Assembly (NCBI GenBank): GCA_937860055.1
Contig: CALMBO010000014.1
Location: forward strand, 25,132-89,131
From: an uncultured Verrucomicrobiota bacterium
GTDB taxonomy: Bacteria; Verrucomicrobiota; Kiritimatiellia; CAIQIC01; Lenti-01
Direction of reading: 5' to 3'
DNA length: 64,000 nt
A program made the translations under genes and the position numbers. The first letter of the stretch is position 1; each line of letters begins with the position of its first letter. Below the pieces are notes generated by a model. That model had not been told where the DNA came from. It saw nothing but the letters and a program-made list of their open reading frames with translations, and made no database searches. Below, piece after piece: positions 1 to 9,950 of this stretch.

Positions 1-1
1 G

Positions 2-364
2 GAGTTCATCGACAGTATGGCCGATATCTTTCGCACTTCCAGGCAGGCCGCCGCCATCCGTTTCATCCAGACCACAGCCGAACCCTGCGCCTTCGTCCTA
101 TTCAGACAAGGCAGATACGAGTGGTCCCTGAAGAGCGACAGTTTTGAATTCTTCATACGCGACGGGGTACCACACAGGTACACCGGCGTGTCGGAATTGC
201 TTCGGGGAAAATCCGGGATGACCGGACCCGCCCAAACGCCGGCTGGCGCTTGGCTGCAGGATCAGGATCCGGACGGGCGGGCTTCGCTCATGGAGGATGC
301 CCGAGTATTGCCGGAATATGGCGAGGCGTTTGCATTGCTGTGGATCAACGAGGAATTGGATTGA
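2..364 (+). CDS. hypothetical protein, 5'-truncated by window edge
   Basis: The reading frame is open from the first window codon with no upstream stop. Product is 115+ aa with no recognisable motif. Confidence 0.35.
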   Translation, partial: EFIDSMADIFRTSRQAAAIRFIQTTAEPCAFVLFRQGRYEWSLKSDSFEFFIRDGVPHRYTGVSELLRGKSGMTGPAQTPAGAWLQDQDPDGRASLMEDARVLPEYGEAFALLWINEELD

Positions 365-808
365 ACGGCGGCACCGCAGAGGGGGTAAGCATTTTGCGAC
401 GGCATCCGTCCCCGATTTGAACCATGTGATTCGTTTCTGGGGCAATTCTGACACTGGTGCCAAAATCGAGTTTGGGCGGCAGGCCGGTTTTCCGCGTGAC
501 GGACGAAGCCCCAATTCCCATCAGTTCACCCTTGGCATCTGGCGTAGTTCTTAGCTGAAAATCCAACGGTAAAGGGGGCGGGTACACTGAAACCGAAAAT
601 GGCCAGAGGGAAGGATGTCCATGGGGCTTTGCAGCGGCGGCTTTGTCGAGGGACTCCTGGGGCGCTTCTCGAAACCGACCGGGGTACAGTTCTCTTGGCG
701 GGGAACACTGTTTCAAATATGGACAATAGTAGGAAGTGTTGCTACTCCCCGCGACAATTTGAACCTCGCGGTTCAGATTGGACCAGATATGGCAGGCCTT
801 TTGTTGTG

Positions 809-1846
809 TTAAATGGAGAAGTGAGTATTAGGTTGCCATGACGGCACGGAAAGGGGGAACCCTTTCAATTGGTTGAAGGACATATTTAGAGGATCGACAT
901 TTGAGAGAAAGGCTTTCCTGAACAGGTTCTGATTCTGTTGCCCAAGAGAGTCGAACCAGTCCGGAGATAACGCAAGGTTTTCCGTTTGGCAGGCAACAAG
1001 CCATACAAGTGCGGAGGTGATGTCCGCTTGATTTATAAGGGATGCGACAAGGGTTGTTGGTGCCGAATTTGCCGTGTCAAGATGTGACAAAAGGGCAAAA
1101 CTGCCCGTGCTGGATGGGATAATCGTGATCATCAGGTGGCTGAGATCGACATCAACATTGTCGAAATCCTGGAGATCATTCCCGTTGAAATCGAAATCAG
1201 GCGCGTACAGAAAATTGCACACAAGCCCGGGTCTATCAGCAAACGGAATTATCGTAGTACAGAGGCGGCGCCAATCGTTTTGCTGGAATATCGAGTCCAT
1301 TTTAGCCTTCAGTCGCTCGATTTCCTCTGCGCCACGCAAAGATCCCGCTTGATGAAGAAGTGCGAAATCAGAGGGCTGCAGGTTCAATTCATCCGGCAAG
1401 TTGTGGATGGCCTTGATCGTTTCTGGCGAAGGCTGTGTTTCCGCCTGCTTGCGCTTCAGGTAGCATTCCTTAGCGACCGCTCTATAGGCGTGCAGGAAAC
1501 ATTGTTCGGGAGTACACATAAACGCTACGGTTTCAATTGGAGCAAATAGATCCCGATCATGTTTCGCGCAGAAACCATTGAACACGGAGGTGTCCCTAAT
1601 GCCTTTAAGGACAAGACGGGTTGCGCCATCTGCATTAGCGGTAAAAAGGTCCGTTTCCACGGCATAAACATGGCCGTCCCGTGCGATGGGCCGGAGCATA
1701 CTTTCGGCCGACAGAGTATGAGCGGATATTACAGGTCCCTGGCAGTCTTGCGTGGGGGCCATGCATTTCTTGGCACTAAATCGCTTCCGAAATGACCGGA
1801 TAAGGTCAGCTGCGGCCTTTGGATTTGGCAAATCACCAATGTTCAT
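809..1846 (-). CDS. hypothetical protein (345 aa)
   Basis: A 345-codon ORF is unlikely by chance at about 52% GC. It is the last gene of a long co-directional minus-strand gene string. No recognised domain; it contains a Cys/His segment (GFCAKHDRDLF). Confidence 0.55.
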   Translation of the reverse strand: MNIGDLPNPKAAADLIRSFRKRFSAKKCMAPTQDCQGPVISAHTLSAESMLRPIARDGHVYAVETDLFTANADGATRLVLKGIRDTSVFNGFCAKHDRDLFAPIETVAFMCTPEQCFLHAYRAVAKECYLKRKQAETQPSPETIKAIHNLPDELNLQPSDFALLHQAGSLRGAEEIERLKAKMDSIFQQNDWRRLCTTIIPFADRPGLVCNFLYAPDFDFNGNDLQDFDNVDVDLSHLMITIIPSSTGSFALLSHLDTANSAPTTLVASLINQADITSALVWLVACQTENLALSPDWFDSLGQQNQNLFRKAFLSNVDPLNMSFNQLKGFPLSVPSWQPNTHFSI

Positions 1847-2379
1847 ATATGAAACTAATCCAATGCCATTATTGGGCGAGGCTGATGGCCGGCATCGTCA
1901 GAAAAAGAAGTCCCCGTCCCTTTAGAGGCTGAGGGTTTCCTGATCCAGATGTCCGAGGACATCCTTTTCTACTCGTCTCTTTTTGGTTGCGCCGGCCTTT
2001 GCCTGTACATGTTGATCAAGCAGAGCCCTTGCCTTTCGATGCCGCGCTTTTCCGTTGCTTTGCTCGCCGACATTTACTCTGGGGCATGTTACAACATCTC
2101 GTTATCTGAAACCACAAAAAATCGCCAATTGTTTGCGGGAAAAATAGACGATTATAAGGTTGCTGGGCAGTGGCGGTGGCCGTGCGAACAAGGCAACTAT
2201 TATCAGTGAAAATGTGGCGAATGGGTGTCGGTTCAGACGTTCCGCCATGCGTTTGAGGGATTCGGATAGCCTTGTCAGCCCCTCGATGTCCCACAGCCCC
2301 CTCACGATGACCCGCGTGGCATCCGGGACGAGACGGACACCCATGGGGCCATCTCATACCCATGGTTCATCGCGGGCCG

Positions 2380-2919
2380 TTATGGGAACAGCGGTGGGGT
2401 GCCGTAGCTATCCTGCTGCCGGTTCAAACCGTAGCCATCATCGGCAGGCAAATCGGGCCGCTTGAGCAGTAGGGTAGAAAGTTCATCAGCCCGCTCGTTC
2501 TCTGGATGGCCTGCGTGACCCTTGACCCAGACAAATTCAACCTGGTGCTTGTCGCAGGCTGTCAGGAGCCGTTTCCATAGATCCGCGTTAAGCGCTTTCA
2601 CCTTCTTGGTCCGCCACCATCCCTTTCCCTCCCAACGGCGAACCCAACCCAATGACATCGCATCGACCAGATACTTGGAGTCGCTGTGGAGTCGGACGCG
2701 ACAGGGTACCTTCAGGGCCTCAAGCCCGGCGATGGCGGCAAACAGTTCCATCCGGTTGTTCGTCGTCAGGCGGAAGCCGCCATGCAGTTCCTTCCGAACA
2801 TCGCCGTGAATCAGGATGGCTCCATAGCCTCCAGCCCCCGGATTGGGTTCGCAGGCACCGTCGGTGTAGATCTCTACTGTTCCTGGAGCTTCATAACCTT
2901 TGGAATTATCGCGGTTCAT
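2380..2919 (-). CDS. rnhA: ribonuclease HI (RNase H type 1)
   Basis: Carries the conserved RNase HI blocks: EIYTDGAC..NPGx[25 protein letters not shown], and [21 protein letters not shown]. Start overlaps the upstream stop as ATGA. Confidence 0.85.
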   Translation of the reverse strand: MNRDNSKGYEAPGTVEIYTDGACEPNPGAGGYGAILIHGDVRKELHGGFRLTTNNRMELFAAIAGLEALKVPCRVRLHSDSKYLVDAMSLGWVRRWEGKGWWRTKKVKALNADLWKRLLTACDKHQVEFVWVKGHAGHPENERADELSTLLLKRPDLPADDGYGLNRQQDSYGTPPLFP

Positions 2920-3353
2920 AGAATTTCTTTCTTATCTTTCAGGTAATGTTCCAGTTTGTCATGGGAGAATACATCCGAGCCTCGGACTCCGCAGTTCAGA
3001 AACCTCAAATAGTAGTTTCGGGTATGCCGTTGATTTCTGGGAACGTTGTTCCAATTCCGCGTATGCAGATTGATTTCAACCGGCTGGACAACTATCTGGG
3101 AGTCATATTGAAATACCCGTCCGGAATAACTATTTGGCAGGCGGTGTCGTCGTTTATCGGCCTGAAGTCGTCGGTCACCCCGCGCTGAGCCGTCCCTTCC
3201 GGAATACGGCTTCCCGTCGATCATGCGCCGTCTATACTCGGCATTATGCGATGTGCTCGCAGGATCCTGGGATTTTCCGTTGATACCGCTCCATCGGATG
3301 CAGGTATAGTCCATGCTGGATGATGCATTATGGTCAGCTGTTTTCGTAGTCAT
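2916..3353 (-). CDS. hypothetical protein (145 aa, R/N/Q-rich)
   Basis: ORF is translationally coupled (ATGA) to the rnhA start. Composition is odd and there is no motif. An internal Met at 3314 would remove the overlap with the upstream gene. Confidence 0.3.
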   Translation of the reverse strand: MTTKTADHNASSSMDYTCIRWSGINGKSQDPASTSHNAEYRRRMIDGKPYSGRDGSARGDRRLQADKRRHRLPNSYSGRVFQYDSQIVVQPVEINLHTRNWNNVPRNQRHTRNYYLRFLNCGVRGSDVFSHDKLEHYLKDKKEIL

Positions 3354-3867
3354 GGTTGATTTCCTTTTCGCTATGGATGATTCGCAATGTGTCTTTAAAG
3401 GCTTCGGAATTCTCTAGCATCCACCACCCGAACACTCGCCTCCTTGGCCATCTACTTAAGTCATTCCGAGGATCGCGGATGTCGCATATTGAGCCGCCTA
3501 TAACCGCCACCCAATAATTGCTGAGGGTAACTATCAATCTGCCCATCGGTATGTCAGCCTCTTCCAAATACAATTTGCAAGCCCTTCCCCGTCGTCTAGG
3601 CGGATGCCAAACGAAACCCATGTTTTTCATGTAGTGGAGAAACTGGGCGTGGTTTGTGCATACCCCGTTCCTCGCTGTCTGCACTCCTGCGAGTCGGTGA
3701 TCAGGAAAGAATGTGCTGTAATAATTAGCATTCATTTCGGCACATTCTTTGTAGACCGCCTTGTATGGTCTTTTAGCTGCTATCGCGATTGCGCGGACTT
3801 CGCAGTCGCCGCAGTGACCTTTATAGCCTGCGGCCCTTCGCCCGCCATCTGTGAAAATTACCTCCAT
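3334..3867 (-). CDS. hypothetical protein (177 aa)
   Basis: Co-directional with the neighbouring minus-strand genes. No recognised domain. A competing plus-strand ORF at 3604-4095 looks like low-complexity antisense. Confidence 0.4.
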   Translation of the reverse strand: MEVIFTDGGRRAAGYKGHCGDCEVRAIAIAAKRPYKAVYKECAEMNANYYSTFFPDHRLAGVQTARNGVCTNHAQFLHYMKNMGFVWHPPRRRGRACKLYLEEADIPMGRLIVTLSNYWVAVIGGSICDIRDPRNDLSRWPRRRVFGWWMLENSEAFKDTLRIIHSEKEINHDYENS

Positions 3868-4109
3868 ATTGTCTCTCCTCTTGATGTCGTCATTTGTGGA
3901 TCTCGCAAATTGCCCATCATGCTGTCAGCCGTAACGATCATTTGCCCCGGCTCGTTCGCCGAATCGAACATCCCTCTGAGTCGGACGCCGATGCCTTTGC
4001 GAACAGGTCGAGGGCGGTGGGCGGGAGCATGTTTCCCGAGCAAACAACTTCCAGTTGAACTCTATCAGGGATTATTCCATATTTATGCCTCCTAGATGAT
4101 TCACCGCCC

Positions 4110-4724
4110 TCAGTAGATCCTAAATTCGCCCTTCGCCAACCAAGACGCAAAGGTTCGGAGAGCCTCGGCGCCCTCCAGGACGCGGGGATTCTGGTTCGTC
4201 TGGTCCTTGTCTTCCAGGCGATAGATGGAAGCGGCTACTTTGCAGGCCAATCCGGCCCGGTCCTCGGGTAATCCAATCGCGCCGCTCCTATCGAGTTCCG
4301 CGGCCGCCTGTTCGAGTGCGGCGGACATTCCCAGCGCATCTTCCGCCGCCACATATTGACCGTCGTTGCTCAAATACGACCCGCGCCAGTCGAGATTGCG
4401 GCGAGATGGGATGTCGATGGGATCGACGCCTCCCCATTGGGCGGAGTAAACCGCAAGCAGTTCCTCATAGGTCTGGCCGTTCCATCCGGTAGCGTGTTCG
4501 GCGAGTTCTTCCGGAGTCGTTCGATCATACAGCTCATCCATGTCCACGCTATAGACTGCGCCCTTCCCGGCGCCATATTGAAAACCAGCGGCATCCGGGG
4601 TTATGAAGTATTGGGTTCCCTTTGGAATCCATCCGAACCGCTCCATCGTACGCAATAACATAGACCATTGTCCCCCCATGTAGTAATCCTTCGCCTCTCC
4701 GTCCCTGCATAGTATGTAGCTCAT
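4110..4724 (-). CDS. hypothetical protein (204 aa)
   Basis: ORF with a 4-nt overlap to the upstream gene (operon-like). No recognised domain. Confidence 0.5.
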   Translation of the reverse strand: MSYILCRDGEAKDYYMGGQWSMLLRTMERFGWIPKGTQYFITPDAAGFQYGAGKGAVYSVDMDELYDRTTPEELAEHATGWNGQTYEELLAVYSAQWGGVDPIDIPSRRNLDWRGSYLSNDGQYVAAEDALGMSAALEQAAAELDRSGAIGLPEDRAGLACKVAASIYRLEDKDQTNQNPRVLEGAEALRTFASWLAKGEFRIY

Positions 4725-5491
4725 ATTGTTTCCTCCTTTGTTGCGGTTGCCTGATCTGAATGCAAATGGCCGTTATCCATCCCGCCATTGTTTTGCTCCG
4801 CATCTTTTGGAGAGAGCCTGATCTGTGCGCTGGATTCTGGAGCCGTTGGGTCCGACAACAGCGCCCCCATCTCCGCCGCCATGTCCACTTGGTCGTCGCC
4901 CTCCTTGGGAAGCGTCCATGTGATTTCGAACCCACCTTCTACACCTTTGACCCGGCATGAAGCGCTGGCCGCGCAGTCCCAGTCTAGTCTAAGGATGTCA
5001 GGGTCAAATGCGATGCGCGTAGGGCTCCAGTCGCCCATGTCCACATAGAGCCCGCCCTTGCCGAGTGCTTTCTGATCGTCAGCATCGTCGTCTTGAGTCC
5101 ACGGGATGTGCCTTTTGATTACCGCACCGCTCAGCAGGTAGATCACCCAATCCAAATCGAACGGCAGAAGCCTAACCATTCCAGTGAAACCGCCACCAAG
5201 GTGGCCTCTCGCTGACCACGGAGAGAAGTCCATTCCCGCTTTTTCCTCCTCTAGGTAATCCGCAAACGATTTCAAGGTGAAATGGGCGCGAATTAGGGAT
5301 TCACTCGACTCGGGGCTATCAAACGGGGGAGCGTCCTTGTCGAGGGCCCATAGGTACACCAGATTGACCCGGTCATAGAAGGGCTGGCCATTCGCATCGA
5401 CGAGAACTTCGCAGATGTCTTGGCATTCGAATGTGGCAATTGAGTAGTTGGAGTATCTTCGTAGTATTTCCAGTGCGGTTGTTTTTTTCAT
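4721..5491 (-). CDS. hypothetical protein (256 aa, acidic)
   Basis: ORF in the same operon. No recognised domain. Confidence 0.55.
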   Translation of the reverse strand: MKKTTALEILRRYSNYSIATFECQDICEVLVDANGQPFYDRVNLVYLWALDKDAPPFDSPESSESLIRAHFTLKSFADYLEEEKAGMDFSPWSARGHLGGGFTGMVRLLPFDLDWVIYLLSGAVIKRHIPWTQDDDADDQKALGKGGLYVDMGDWSPTRIAFDPDILRLDWDCAASASCRVKGVEGGFEITWTLPKEGDDQVDMAAEMGALLSDPTAPESSAQIRLSPKDAEQNNGGMDNGHLHSDQATATKEETI

Positions 5492-5494
5492 GGA

Positions 5495-6400
5495 TTAGTT
5501 CTCCTCTTGATTAAGACCCGTCTGCGGAACCTCGACGACGCTCGGCGGTTCTCCTGGCGTCCCGACATATTGCGCCTTGACGGAATCCCATTCGCCCATA
5601 CTGCGGTCGATACAGAGCCGACATTCCATACAGCGGATAGGCTTGCATTTGCCATTTCCCAGCGCGGGGCTCCCATTCTTGTTTTGCGCTATATAGATTT
5701 TGCTCTCATATGGACATACCAGAGCGCCGCCCAACCGTTCCAGAGTGCCGTTGTGAGGCATTCGTAGATTTCTGAAGACTAGATCAACGCCAGGGGGCGG
5801 AATGTCATCGTCAGTTTCGGCGAGGTAGGTGATCAGGCCGTTGCCAATTGGATTCGGCATCCCATATTTGGCCACCATGTCGCTGTCCGTCGAAAGGTTG
5901 ACCCTGACCATATTGTGTTTCCCAGCCAATTCCTCCAAGGTGGTTCGGAACGGCTCGTTCCGCCATGCTCGGGTGTAGATGAAGTAGTTGAGATTCGTCG
6001 TATCTTCGGTCGCCGAGACGATCTCTTCCCATTTGTTTAGGTATTCGACAGAGTAGAACTCTCCTTTTTCGTGCAAGGCCACGGACACCCGTTCGTCTGG
6101 ATGGTTCTCTGTGAACTGGACAATCTCGGTTGTGATTGTCTCGATGAATTCAGGCTTCGTTGTGAGGTCGTAATTCTCAGCGTATCGCTCATGGTGGAAA
6201 AGAAACTGCCCCGTCGAGGCATAGCAATATTGGCGGCATATTATCGAAGCAAACGGACACCTGTTGTTGGGCATCCCAATCGACCATGCCAGTACATTGC
6301 ATCCCTTCTTGCTTACGGTGTTGGATAGCCAACCTCTCCTGACCGTTCTCCTGACCGCTGGGCTTTCGCCCGCCATATTATCATTCGCTTGTATCTTCAT
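5495..6400 (-). CDS. hypothetical protein with Cys-rich C-terminus (301 aa)
   Basis: First gene of the minus-strand operon. Cys clusters CPFASIICRQYCYAS and CKPIRCMECRLC suggest metal binding. No family assignment. Confidence 0.55.
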   Translation of the reverse strand: MKIQANDNMAGESPAVRRTVRRGWLSNTVSKKGCNVLAWSIGMPNNRCPFASIICRQYCYASTGQFLFHHERYAENYDLTTKPEFIETITTEIVQFTENHPDERVSVALHEKGEFYSVEYLNKWEEIVSATEDTTNLNYFIYTRAWRNEPFRTTLEELAGKHNMVRVNLSTDSDMVAKYGMPNPIGNGLITYLAETDDDIPPPGVDLVFRNLRMPHNGTLERLGGALVCPYESKIYIAQNKNGSPALGNGKCKPIRCMECRLCIDRSMGEWDSVKAQYVGTPGEPPSVVEVPQTGLNQEEN

Positions 6401-6647
6401 TCTGATTCTCCTTTTGGATTATGAGAATCTTTATACATCGAAAAATGGCCGCCCTTAAAAAATGCGTAAAATAGTTATGCGGATGCGCGGGAAACAAAGA
6501 ATTCCCATGAAAACCCCAATAATTCTGCCGATCTGCCCCCTTCAGTATTTGTGAAATATCCCCCAAGAAATATTTTCGCTGGAAGGACAGGATAAATATT
6601 TGTGAGCACGGAATAACCAGTCATCCAACAAATAGGAGGACTGGAAA
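6401..6647. promoter_or_regulatory. AT-rich divergent intergenic region between the minus-strand cargo operon and the plus-strand RHH/primase operon
   Basis: A 247-bp non-coding AT-rich stretch lies between divergent first genes. An AGGAGG Shine-Dalgarno sequence sits just before the ATG at 6648. Confidence 0.4.
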
Positions 6648-6833
6648 ATGCGTACATCAGAAAGAATGAAGGGTAAAAGACCGGTGCAGGCTGTTGTCAG
6701 CGATGAACAATATCGGCGGTTGCGGATCAGAGCGGCCATGGAATTGACCAGCATCAGCGACTTGATTCGGATTCGACTGGCGGACATCATCGACCCCGAG
6801 GCGGACTTCGCGGCCATGACGGTTCCCCGCTAG
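6648..6833 (+). CDS. ribbon-helix-helix (CopG/MetJ-like) DNA-binding protein
   Basis: 61-aa protein with the pattern KRPVQAVVSDEQYRRLRIRAAMELTSISDLIRIRL, typical of an RHH beta-strand followed by two helices. It sits directly upstream of a primase gene. Confidence 0.6.
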   Translation: MRTSERMKGKRPVQAVVSDEQYRRLRIRAAMELTSISDLIRIRLADIIDPEADFAAMTVPR

Positions 6834-6950
6834 AAATAGAAAGGCCTCCCGCGCAAGAGAGGCCTGAATAGCAGAAACCAACCGGGAAACCGCCTTCGTA
6901 TAACTATTTCATCGTCAGAACATGGTTTCCCTTCTTCCCGGGGAAACAAA

Positions 6951-8684
6951 ATGGAACAAATATCAACCGACTACTCTGCCAAACTAAACGCGGACGCAAA
7001 TATGCTGAAGGAGTTCTTCAGCATGCTCTTTGACCCCGATGAATCCGTATTGATCGTCCCGGGGCTGAATACAGAGAGATTCAAGGCTCTCTGTGCAAAT
7101 CTCGAAGGCTGGCCAAAGGAGATTGGGGGAAGGGAAACCACCTACTTCAGCAAGAAACTAGGCCGCATCCAACCTCGCCGTTATCTCAATCCATTTTCCC
7201 GTTCCCCGACCTCCGCCTCGACCCGGAACCTCGTAGCCCTCCACGAAATAAACCGGCAGGGATACGACATCTATTTCGCCATCAATCCTATGTCCTGCCG
7301 CCGCAGATGTCAGAAGACGGTCACAATGGCGAAACACGTTCTAGTTGAATCGGACACCAGCGATATCGACGCCCAACTTCGCTTTCTGAAGGAATACGAA
7401 GCCAACATCATCTCGGCCGTCCAGTCCGGTGGCAAGTCCATCCACTGCCTTGTTCGCATAGAGCCTTCACGATTGCATCCAGGGGCTGTCGGATGGAGGG
7501 AGGCCTATAGACTTCCCAAAGGCGAGACCAAGGCTCCGTGGGCCGAATACAGGCAAATTGGGGACTACTGGATTGCTGAGGCTCATAAACATGGAATGGA
7601 AATCGACACCGCGGCGGCCCATGACCACTCAAGGGTATCGAGGGTTCCGGGGTTCCTGCATGGCAAAACAGGCCGGAGGGCTGAAGTTGTCAAAATGAAC
7701 CCTATGGCCTCCTGGGACTGGAGGGGATCTGTGAAATCTTCGATGCTTGTGAGGTCGTCGATATTGTCGATATCACCGAATCAAGATGATGATGATTCAT
7801 TTTCAATATTAAATCCGAAAACCGAGTCTTTTTGTGAACTATTGGGGACTTTTGGGGACTTGAAGGAGACTAGGGAGAATAGAGACCCCGCCACGACTAA
7901 TGTTGTGCGCATAATCGGCCCGTATAGCCAGTGCCAACATCATGGAACTAGTTTTCTGGATGTATTGGACGACTTCGGGCGCCTGCGAGAGAGCGGGCTG
8001 CCCGGCCGACATACAAGGCGAAGTATGCATCGAACGCTCTTCGAGGCGGCAAGGGTCTATCGGTGGTCGATTCTTCAGATGGCCAGAGAATGGAGGCGAA
8101 TAATCAAAAGAAATCCGAAAGCAACCGTTGAGTCCGTTAAAAGCGCGGGGAGAGACATGTTGCGGGCGTGGAAAGCAACAGATGGAGTTGGGATCTACCT
8201 GCCCGATGTGACCAAATTGCCAGATCTTGACGATGCTAAGCGGGCGGTGTTGCAGACCCGGCTGGTCGGAATGGGCTGCAATGAGCCAAGGAAAGCCGCC
8301 AGAATCATCGAGCGGGTCATCCTGCCTCTTATCAAGAGCCTGCCGCGCCAATGTCGACAGGGGACTGTAGGCATCAAATCCAGAGCGCTTCGAGAGGCCG
8401 CTCATATATGGGGCCATTCGAGGGATTACAGGCACTTGTGGGAATGGATGCAGAAGGTCGGAATTGTCACCTGCATGAACAGCGATTACGTGCCGGAGAG
8501 TAGAACCCGGCAGTATGGCGTTAACATTCTTCTGGTCATATGGCTCTGCGGCTTCCGCACGGAGGAACTGGTCTGGAACACGGTAGCCAGTAACATATGG
8601 CCAGAACTTGCCCGCATGCGCGTGATCAACGATGGTGCGGTGGACTTTGGGGCTACAGAGTCTGAATTGCATTCAACCGGTTAG
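6951..8684 (+). CDS. primase-polymerase (archaeo-eukaryotic primase superfamily, RepB'-like/PrimPol-like) with C-terminal extension; no helicase motifs
   Basis: N-terminal AEP motifs are present: YDIYFAINP, the acidic motif HVLVESDTSD, and SGGKSIHCLV (sGxG.H). There is no Walker A motif anywhere in the 577 aa. Confidence 0.65.
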   Translation: MEQISTDYSAKLNADANMLKEFFSMLFDPDESVLIVPGLNTERFKALCANLEGWPKEIGGRETTYFSKKLGRIQPRRYLNPFSRSPTSASTRNLVALHEINRQGYDIYFAINPMSCRRRCQKTVTMAKHVLVESDTSDIDAQLRFLKEYEANIISAVQSGGKSIHCLVRIEPSRLHPGAVGWREAYRLPKGETKAPWAEYRQIGDYWIAEAHKHGMEIDTAAAHDHSRVSRVPGFLHGKTGRRAEVVKMNPMASWDWRGSVKSSMLVRSSILSISPNQDDDDSFSILNPKTESFCELLGTFGDLKETRENRDPATTNVVRIIGPYSQCQHHGTSFLDVLDDFGRLRESGLPGRHTRRSMHRTLFEAARVYRWSILQMAREWRRIIKRNPKATVESVKSAGRDMLRAWKATDGVGIYLPDVTKLPDLDDAKRAVLQTRLVGMGCNEPRKAARIIERVILPLIKSLPRQCRQGTVGIKSRALREAAHIWGHSRDYRHLWEWMQKVGIVTCMNSDYVPESRTRQYGVNILLVIWLCGFRTEELVWNTVASNIWPELARMRVINDGAVDFGATESELHSTG

Positions 8685-8900
8685 GGAATCGCTTGATTTT
8701 TGTCCAAGTCCGCGCGCGAGTGGCAAGTTGATTGGGCAGGTGGGGGCGTCAGGGCGGAATGGCCTGAAGAGCGCGTCATGGGGCTTCGTGAGGCTGAAGG
8801 CTGTCAGATCCTAAACGCCCAGCCTTCTCCTGGCACCGAGAAACAGAACCTTCCAGATGTCTGGAAAGTTCGCCACAATGTCGGCATATTGTGGGATTAC

Positions 8901-9950
8901 CTATTCGAACTCGATCGAGTAGACATTCCCTTGCTTGATGGTGAAGAAGCCTTCCCTGCAAGACTTATTACGGGGTTTTCCTCGTTGTGCGGAAGCGATG
9001 ACCGCAAGGTCGAATCCGGCTTGAGCCTCAGTTTTGCTCGCGAAAATGCGATACATACTAAGAAGGGCTTGTTTGTGGATTCCGAGACGTTCCGAGGCGA
9101 TGATGTCCACCAATAAGCCGTAGCCAGACCCTGGGCGGAAGGGATTCTTTGGGTGACGGAGCAGGTTAGCCACAGGAGTTCCCTTGTATGAGCTTTCGGT
9201 GGGATTGCTTTTGGCTGGGATATTCTCGGCAACCGGCTTGGCCTTCTTGGCGGGAGCCATTCTCGCAGGCTTGGCGGGCGGGACCTTTTCCAAGTATTCC
9301 TGCACTGACGCTTTTATAGCGAACGATGCATTTGGATCAAAGATATCCCATCCGCATGCCGGAGGATGTCCATGTTTCTTCCAGTATTCCATGACGGAAA
9401 TCGGAATTTCGGTGGCAAGTCGATAATAGACATCCTTGCCGATGGCCATTTTCTCGACCACCGACCGCCAATTGTTGTCGGGATGCAAGGGGTTGGCCAC
9501 CACGCCAAAGGCCAGATAGAACATTGTAACATCTATTGTGCCGTTGGCACCCATAAGTGTCAGTTTATCAGATGTAAGATGACCATTATTAAGCAGTTCC
9601 CAAGTTCTGGCCGCCTCGGAATTTGGATGATCTAGGAAAGGGTTATTGGTGGCGAGGGGATGCGTTCCAGACTGTTTGGCTTTCACCGGAACTCTGGCTT
9701 TTTGTTTGTGCATATGTACAATCTCGAATGCACTCAATCCAATGTCAATCCTGAACGGAGCCCGCCTGTGATTTCTAAAACAAAACCTTCCCGTCATGAT
9801 TTGATGATAAGGGTGTATGCTGACATTCTTCGGGGCATCCACTATCGCCATGAGTTCGCCAGAAGGGATCCCGTCGTTAGAAATAAATGCGAGGGCATCA
9901 TTGACGCTCTGGGTTCTAATCATGAGTCCTTCTCGGCATTCGAGGCCCAA
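8901..9950 (-). CDS. hypothetical protein (up to 349 aa; true start may be an internal Met near 9797-9851)
   Basis: Long ORF with a Lys/Pro-rich central linker (KAKPV..PAKS). It overlaps plus-strand ORFs at both ends, so the strand assignment is uncertain. Confidence 0.4.
   Translation of the reverse strand: MGLECREGLMIRTQSVNDALAFISNDGIPSGELMAIVDAPKNVSIHPYHQIMTGRFCFRNHRRAPFRIDIGLSAFEIVHMHKQKARVPVKAKQSGTHPLATNNPFLDHPNSEAARTWELLNNGHLTSDKLTLMGANGTIDVTMFYLAFGVVANPLHPDNNWRSVVEKMAIGKDVYYRLATEIPISVMEYWKKHGHPPACGWDIFDPNASFAIKASVQEYLEKVPPAKPARMAPAKKAKPVAENIPAKSNPTESSYKGTPVANLLRHPKNPFRPGSGYGLLVDIIASERLGIHKQALLSMYRIFASKTEAQAGFDLAVIASAQRGKPRNKSCREGFFTIKQGNVYSIEFE

Noticed and set aside
3604-4095. 163-aa plus-strand ORF
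   Set aside because: Hydrophobic and Cys-rich low-complexity translation. It is antisense to the minus-strand operon gene 3334-3867.
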